Of a stretch of DNA of 64,000 bases, positions 59,627 to 64,000 are shown one piece after another; the first letter of the stretch is position 1, and each line of letters starts with the position of its first letter. Made by a program: the position numbers and the translations under genes. Origin of the DNA: Oscillospiraceae bacterium (GTDB lineage Bacteria; Bacillota; Clostridia; Oscillospirales; QAMX01); contig SVKS01000003.1 in NCBI GenBank assembly GCA_015068345.1, forward strand, positions 2,168 through 66,167. Direction: 5' to 3'. The notes under the pieces were generated by a model. The model saw only the letters and a program-made list of their open reading frames with translations. It had not been told where the DNA came from and searched no databases.

Positions 59627-60586
59627 TTAGCCGATGGCTACGTATTCATCGCTGGGAGCGTTGAGACCCAGGTCGCCGGCAATGGTTTCGTTGATCTTCT
59701 TGGTGAAGTTGGGGGCATAAGCAATTTCCATTTCGGCAACGTCGGCTTCACCGGTCAGGATCTGGGCGGCCATGACACCGGTCTGGTAACCAAGGTCGTA
59801 GTAGCTGATGGAGAGGGTGGCAACGCCGCAACCGGCGCAGATGCCTTCTTCACCGGCAATGACAGGGATACCGGCAGGACGGCAGATGTTGTCGATGACA
59901 GGGGTATTGGAGGCAACCGTGTTGTCGGTGGGAACGTAGATTACGTCGCTTTCGGCAGCGGCATTGGTGGTAACGGCAGCCAGATCATTGGAATCGGAGA
60001 AGGGGTACTGGGTGCAGGTGTAACCAAGGGCTTCCAGTTCGGTCTGGACGGTGTCGACCTGATACTGGCTGTTGGCTTCGGCGGAGCAGAAGAGGAGGCC
60101 AACGGTCTTGGCGTCGGGGAACCATTCCTTGATCATGGCGGCCTGTTCATCCAGGGGAGCCAGGTCGGAGGTGCCGGAGACGTTGGTACCGACGGTACCG
60201 GTGAATCCTTCAATGCCAAGGGCTACGCCGTATTCGGTGACCGAGGTGCCCAGGATGGGGATATCACTGGTGGCGGCGACAGCGGCCTGGAGGGCCGGGG
60301 TGGCGTTGGCCATGATCAGATCGACTTCGGAGGAAACGAAGCCGTTGGCAATGGTGGCGCAGGTGTTGGAATCACCGGCGGCGTTCTGTTCGTCAAATTC
60401 AACCTTGTCTTCGCCGAGTTCGTCGATCAACGCAGCCTTAAAGCCTTCGGTGGCGGCATCGAGGGCGTCGTGGGTAACGAGCTGGCAAATGCCAACGGTG
60501 TACTTGTCATTTTCTGCGGATTCGCAGGAGGCCAGTGCCATGATCATCATGCAGGCCAGGACGAGGGCGAGAATTCTCTTTTTCAT
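59627..60586 (-). CDS. ABC transporter substrate-binding lipoprotein (ABC_sub_bind/COG2984 type)
   Basis: AUG at 60586 (MKKRILALVLACMMIMALASC|E lipobox; SD AAGGAGAAAC). YTVGICQLVTHDALDAATEGFKAAL...DLIMANATPALQAA is typical of this family. Confidence 0.8.
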   Translation of the reverse strand: MKKRILALVLACMMIMALASCESAENDKYTVGICQLVTHDALDAATEGFKAALIDELGEDKVEFDEQNAAGDSNTCATIANGFVSSEVDLIMANATPALQAAVAATSDIPILGTSVTEYGVALGIEGFTGTVGTNVSGTSDLAPLDEQAAMIKEWFPDAKTVGLLFCSAEANSQYQVDTVQTELEALGYTCTQYPFSDSNDLAAVTTNAAAESDVIYVPTDNTVASNTPVIDNICRPAGIPVIAGEEGICAGCGVATLSISYYDLGYQTGVMAAQILTGEADVAEMEIAYAPNFTKKINETIAGDLGLNAPSDEYVAIG

Positions 60587-60618
60587 TTTGGGTTTCTCCT
60601 TTTTTTTACTTACTATAC

Positions 60619-60650
60619 AAAAAACGACCCTGCCGTTGAGGACAGGGCCG
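60619..60650 (-). terminator. intrinsic terminator inside the 5' leader of the ABC operon
   Basis: Minus strand: CGGCCCTG-TCCTCAACGG-CAGGGTCG (one G-U pair) followed by TTTTTT, about 30 nt before the SBP SD. Confidence 0.65.
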
Positions 60651-60679
60651 TTTTTCATAAACGTGATAGGTCCCGAGAC

Positions 60680-60781
60680 TCAACTGCCAGGCAACTCGAA
60701 CAGGCCCGCATAGCGGACCTTCATAAAGCGGTAATAGGAGTGAGCCACAGCATGGTCATTACGAATCTGATTCTTTCTCAT
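60680..60781 (-). CDS. 33-codon leader sORF (MRKNQIRNDHAVAHSYYRFMKVRYAGLFELPGS)
   Basis: Strong SD GAAAGGAG 8 nt before the AUG at 60781. It lies between the predicted promoter and the leader terminator. No family recognised. Confidence 0.35.
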   Translation of the reverse strand: MRKNQIRNDHAVAHSYYRFMKVRYAGLFELPGS

Positions 60782-60841
60782 GGGGTTTACTCCTTTCTTC
60801 CGGTGGGCCGGCGTTACTTGTGATCTCGTGATCGCTTTATT

Positions 60842-60870
60842 AGTATAGCGCGTCAACGTGCTAAAGTCAA
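60842..60870 (-). promoter_or_regulatory. sigma-A type promoter of the ABC operon leader
   Basis: Minus strand: TTGACT (60870-60865), 17-nt spacer, TATACT (60847-60842). Confidence 0.6.
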
Positions 60871-60990
60871 CTGGCATTTTGCACAATTCGTGTGAAATTG
60901 TTTTGTGACTTTTTGCCTTTTCTCTTTTTCGCATAGAGCCCTATGGCGGAGTTTTCGCCAATTCTCCCTCGACAAAATTCACCTTTCCTC

Positions 60991-61018
60991 TTGAAATCCT
61001 GTCAATTCGTGCTATACT
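60991..61018 (+). promoter_or_regulatory. sigma-A type promoter of the SulP gene
   Basis: TTGAAA (60991-60996), 16-nt spacer, TATACT (61013-61018). Confidence 0.5.
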
Positions 61019-61083
61019 GTTACGGGTACGAGTTGTACGCTTTATTTTTTGCTTTATGAAGCAAACGAAGGAGAGAATTTGAA

Positions 61084-62709
61084 ATGGTATTCCGTCCAAA
61101 ACTTCTGGATACCCTGCGCTCTTACAGTAAGGGCAAATTGATCAGCGACCTGGTGGCAGGTCTGATCGTTGCCATCATCGCCCTCCCCCTTTCCATCGCC
61201 CTGGCCATTGCTTCGGGTGTGGGCCCTGAAAAGGGGCTTTACACCGCCATCGTGGCTGGTTTTGTCATCGCCCTGTTTGGGGGCAGCAACGTGAACATTT
61301 CGGGTCCCACCGCCGCCTTCGCCACCATCGTGGCGGGCATCGTTGCCACCGAAGGCCTTTCCGGATTGGTAATCGCCACCATTTTGGCGGGCATCATTCT
61401 GGTTCTGATGGGCGTTTTGCGGCTGGGTTCCCTGATTAAATACATCCCCTTCACCATCACCACCGGCTTCACCGCCGGCATTGCGGTGACCATTCTGGTG
61501 GGGCAGATCAAGGACTTCATGGGCCTCACCTTCCCGGAAGGAGCCGCCCCGGTGGAAACCATGGAGAAGATGGAGGCCATCATCGAAAGCATCACCACCG
61601 TCAATTGGCAGAGTCTCCTGGTTGGTGTTCTTTCCCTGGCGATCCTGATCGTTTGGCCCTTCATCAGCAAAAAAATCCCCGGTTCCCTGATCGTGGTTCT
61701 TCTGGGATCCCTTGCGGTCAATCTTTTGGACATGAACGTGAACACCATCGGTGACCTTTACCAGATCACCTCCGCCCTGCCCAAGCCGGAACTGCCCGCC
61801 ATTGATCTGGGTTTGATTCTGCATCTGCTTCCCAATGCCTTCACCATTGCCCTTTTGGCAGGGATCGAATCGCTGCTTTCCTGCGTGGTGTCCGACGGCA
61901 TGATCAACGACAAGCACAATTCCAACACCGAGTTGATTGCCCAGGGTCTGGGTAACATCTTCTCTGGTATTTTCGGCGGCATCCCCGCCACCGGTGCCAT
62001 TGCCCGTACCGCAGCCAACGTGAAAAACGGCGGCCGCAGCCCCATTGCAGGCATGACCCACGCCATCGTTCTTCTTCTGATCCTTGTGGTTTTGATGCCC
62101 TATGCCGCCTGGATCCCCATGCCGGTCATCGCCGCCATCCTCTTCATGGTGGCCTACAACATGTCGGAATGGCGCCGTTTCCTGCATATTTGCAAAACCG
62201 CATCCCTGGGGGACATCCTGGTTTTGGTTGCCACCTTCGTTTTGACAGTGGTATTCGACCTGGTTGTTGCCATTGTAGTGGGTCTGATTCTGACCTGTGT
62301 CCTCTTCATGAAAAAAATGGCCGATTCCTCCTCCGCCCGCACCTGGGACAAGGATGGCGTGAAGGCCATCCCCGACGGGGTCATGGTTTACGAAATCAAC
62401 GGCCCCCTCTTCTTCGCCGCCACCGACAAGCTTCTGGATCTGCCCCGGGACGACGGTTTGAAGGTTCTGATCCTGCGGGCCAGCAACCTGCAGTACATGG
62501 ATAGCTCCGCCATCCACAGCCTGGAAAAGCTGGTGGCCGACGCCAAGGTGGACGGTGTTACCCTGATTTTCTCCCACATCCATGCCGAACCCCTGGTCCG
62601 ACTCCAGAAGGCCGGTCTTTACGACGCCATCGGCGAAGAAAACTTCTGCCATCATATTGACGAAGCCCTGGCCCGGGCCGAAGCCATTCTGGCAGAGGAA
62701 GTCAAGTAA
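61084..62709 (+). CDS. SulP-family anion transporter with C-terminal STAS domain
   Basis: DLVAGLIVAIIALPLSIALAIASGV signature, multiple TM segments, C-terminal STAS (VMVYEINGPLFFAATDKL...LILRASNLQYMDSSAIHSLEKL). Confidence 0.88.
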   Translation: MVFRPKLLDTLRSYSKGKLISDLVAGLIVAIIALPLSIALAIASGVGPEKGLYTAIVAGFVIALFGGSNVNISGPTAAFATIVAGIVATEGLSGLVIATILAGIILVLMGVLRLGSLIKYIPFTITTGFTAGIAVTILVGQIKDFMGLTFPEGAAPVETMEKMEAIIESITTVNWQSLLVGVLSLAILIVWPFISKKIPGSLIVVLLGSLAVNLLDMNVNTIGDLYQITSALPKPELPAIDLGLILHLLPNAFTIALLAGIESLLSCVVSDGMINDKHNSNTELIAQGLGNIFSGIFGGIPATGAIARTAANVKNGGRSPIAGMTHAIVLLLILVVLMPYAAWIPMPVIAAILFMVAYNMSEWRRFLHICKTASLGDILVLVATFVLTVVFDLVVAIVVGLILTCVLFMKKMADSSSARTWDKDGVKAIPDGVMVYEINGPLFFAATDKLLDLPRDDGLKVLILRASNLQYMDSSAIHSLEKLVADAKVDGVTLIFSHIHAEPLVRLQKAGLYDAIGEENFCHHIDEALARAEAILAEEVK

Positions 62710-63743
62710 TGGCCGCCAACCTGGGTTACAAGGCCGGGAAGGCCAGCGTGGCCTTCGCCATGGAGGACTACTATATCTGGGATTCCTCAGTGATTCTGGT
62801 GGATGGCATCTACCACATGTTTGCCTCCCGCTGGCCCAAATCTCTGGGCTTTGGCAGTAACTGGCTTTTCAACAGCGAAATCGTCCATGCCACCTCCCCC
62901 ACCCCCGAAGGGCCCTACATCTTCCAAAACGTGGTGCTCCCCCGCCGGGGCAGGGCCTACTTTGACGGCATGAATACCCACAACACCTGCATTAAGACTT
63001 GGGACGGGAAATTCTACCTTTACTACATGGGTACCAGTTATTCCGGCGAAATCCCCACCCATGAAAGCCAGATCGATTCCCACCGGGCCCTGGAGGTTTG
63101 GAACCGTAAGCGCATCGGTGTTGCGGTGGCGGATGATATCAACGGCCCCTTTGTTCGCCAGGACCATCCCCTGCTGGAACCCCGGGACCCTTCCCACTGG
63201 GACTGCACCGTCACCACCAACCCCACTGTTGCCATCCTGCCAAGCGGCAAGACCTACATGATCTACAAATCCCGTTCAGGGGTAGGTATGCCCCTAAAGC
63301 TTGGGATGGCGGTGGCCGACCACCCGGCGGGTCCCTTTACCAGGCTTTCCGACGATCCCATTCTGGATTTCAAGGATGACAGCGCCCACATCGAGGATCC
63401 CTACCTGTGGTACGATGCGTCCCGCAAAACCTTTTGCATGATTGCCAAAGACGACGTAAAAAACGGTGCCCATGGTATCACCGGCGAATGGGGAAGCGGC
63501 TTTTACGCCGAAAGTCAGGATGGTATTTCCTTTACCATTGCACCCGACCCCACCGTCTACACCCGCCACGTCACCTGGGATAACGGACGGAAGACCCTGC
63601 AGGGCAACCTGGAACGTCCGTCGGTACTCTTTGACGAAAGTGGTTGCCCCACCCATCTCTTCTGCGCCACAGGATCTGCGAAAACCCCCTACGCCTTCAC
63701 CGACAACACCTTCGTTGCCTGTCTGAAGCTCCATAAAGAATAA
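62709..63743 (+). CDS. GH43-superfamily-like 5-bladed beta-propeller glycoside hydrolase (family uncertain)
   Basis: YIWDSSVILVDGIYHMFASRW, GKFYLYYMGT, GPFVR, DPYLWYD, ERPSVLF blocks resemble propeller-blade repeats with acidic catalytic candidates. TAATG overlap with SulP. Confidence 0.5.
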   Translation: MAANLGYKAGKASVAFAMEDYYIWDSSVILVDGIYHMFASRWPKSLGFGSNWLFNSEIVHATSPTPEGPYIFQNVVLPRRGRAYFDGMNTHNTCIKTWDGKFYLYYMGTSYSGEIPTHESQIDSHRALEVWNRKRIGVAVADDINGPFVRQDHPLLEPRDPSHWDCTVTTNPTVAILPSGKTYMIYKSRSGVGMPLKLGMAVADHPAGPFTRLSDDPILDFKDDSAHIEDPYLWYDASRKTFCMIAKDDVKNGAHGITGEWGSGFYAESQDGISFTIAPDPTVYTRHVTWDNGRKTLQGNLERPSVLFDESGCPTHLFCATGSAKTPYAFTDNTFVACLKLHKE

Positions 63744-63747
63744 CCCC

Positions 63748-63781
63748 TTTCCCGGATGCTCTCCGCATCCGGGAAATTTTT
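63748..63781 (+). terminator. rho-independent terminator
   Basis: ttcccggatgc-tctcc-gcatccgggaa followed by aTTTTTg. Confidence 0.75.
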
Positions 63782-63846
63782 GTACTTTACAAACCCCCTC
63801 CACCTGTGATATATTGAAATCAACAAATCGAAAGGAAGGAATCGGT

Positions 63847-64000
63847 ATGCAGCTGAAAATTGCCATTGTGGACGACAATGCCCTCCAACGGGAGCATTTA
63901 CGCGGGATCACCGCCGCCTGGTCGGAGCGAAATCACCACCTGACCCAGCTTCGGGAATATCCCTCTGCCGAGGCCTTTCTGTTTGCCTTTGAGGAAGAGG
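63847..64000 (+). CDS. response regulator receiver domain (LytTR-type likely); 3' end outside the window
   Basis: My own translation from the ATG at 63847 gives MQLKIAIVDDNALQREHLRGITAAWSERNHHLTQLREYPSAEAFLFAFEEE. This is the typical IAIVDD acidic pocket start. SD GGAAGGAA. Not in the ORF track because no stop lies within the window. Confidence 0.7.
   Translation, partial: MQLKIAIVDDNALQREHLRGITAAWSERNHHLTQLREYPSAEAFLFAFEEE

Noticed and set aside
60587-60870. T-box or a known riboswitch class in the ABC leader
   Set aside because: I found no T-box sequence (GGUGGUACCGCG-like), specifier-loop architecture or conserved cores of the TPP, purine, glycine, SAM, lysine, FMN or B12 classes. A weak resemblance of UGAGA...AUCAGAUUCGUAAUGACC to the TPP core lacks the required GGGG/CUGGG partners.
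60680-60934. 84-aa version of the leader ORF upstream of the ABC operon
   Set aside because: Its start lies upstream of the predicted -35/-10 (60870-60842). Only the internal AUG at 60781 with a strong SD is transcriptionally plausible.
61054-62655. 533-aa ORF on the minus strand
   Set aside because: It is antisense to the SulP/STAS transporter. The Gly/His/Asp-rich translation has no membrane or enzyme features.
1-64000. tRNA, rRNA, tmRNA or RNase P genes
   Set aside because: No cloverleaf-like or conserved rRNA sequence was noticed in any intergenic region. This eye scan cannot exclude small ncRNAs.

Overview
64-kb chromosomal segment from a moderately GC-rich Gram-positive, Clostridia-like genome. 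Supporting features are an LPXTG pilin with class C sortases, lipobox lipoproteins, strong AGGAGG-type Shine-Dalgarno sites and TTGACA-17-TATAAT promoters. I call about 55 protein-coding genes and saw no rRNA, tRNA or CRISPR array.

Backbone content:
- the tail of a sortase-dependent pilus locus (1-3077)
- an orphan radical SAM gene
- a YolD + Y-family polymerase cassette with an SOS-box-like site
- an M20 peptidase, GPH/MATE/MFS transporters, an aldo-keto reductase, Bcp and an AlkD-like repair protein
- an alr-nnr operon
- a pentulose kinase/AraD/HAD module
- fumC + malic enzyme
- a minus-strand uptake/catabolic cluster (ABC importer, esterase, PL22-like propeller, GNAT, amidohydrolase)
- SulP, GH43-type genes and the start of a response regulator

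Three visibly AT-richer accessory blocks stand out:
(i) A ~5.2-kb island (about 3.08-8.26 kb) with two AAA-ATPase/PD-(D/E)xK-type genes and a large serine recombinase.
(ii) A five-gene operon (34.98-41.96 kb) of paralogous lipoproteins. They are assembled from two repeating modules that I cannot assign to any family, and the gene ends are mosaic and near-identical. This is my top candidate for an undescribed system.
(iii) Two paralogous ~750-aa lipoproteins with a solute-binding-protein-like C-terminal half (48.3-53.0 kb). They are bracketed by copies of one hairpin and by GC-rich multi-hairpin repeat clusters.

Two candidate cis-regulatory leaders are also reported. One is a 12-codon leader-peptide attenuator before a DHA3-type MFS gene. 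The other is a 33-codon sORF plus terminator before the ABC importer.

All functional calls rest on motif recognition by eye; no database search or folding program was available. Start codons were chosen by SD context and often differ from the ORF track.
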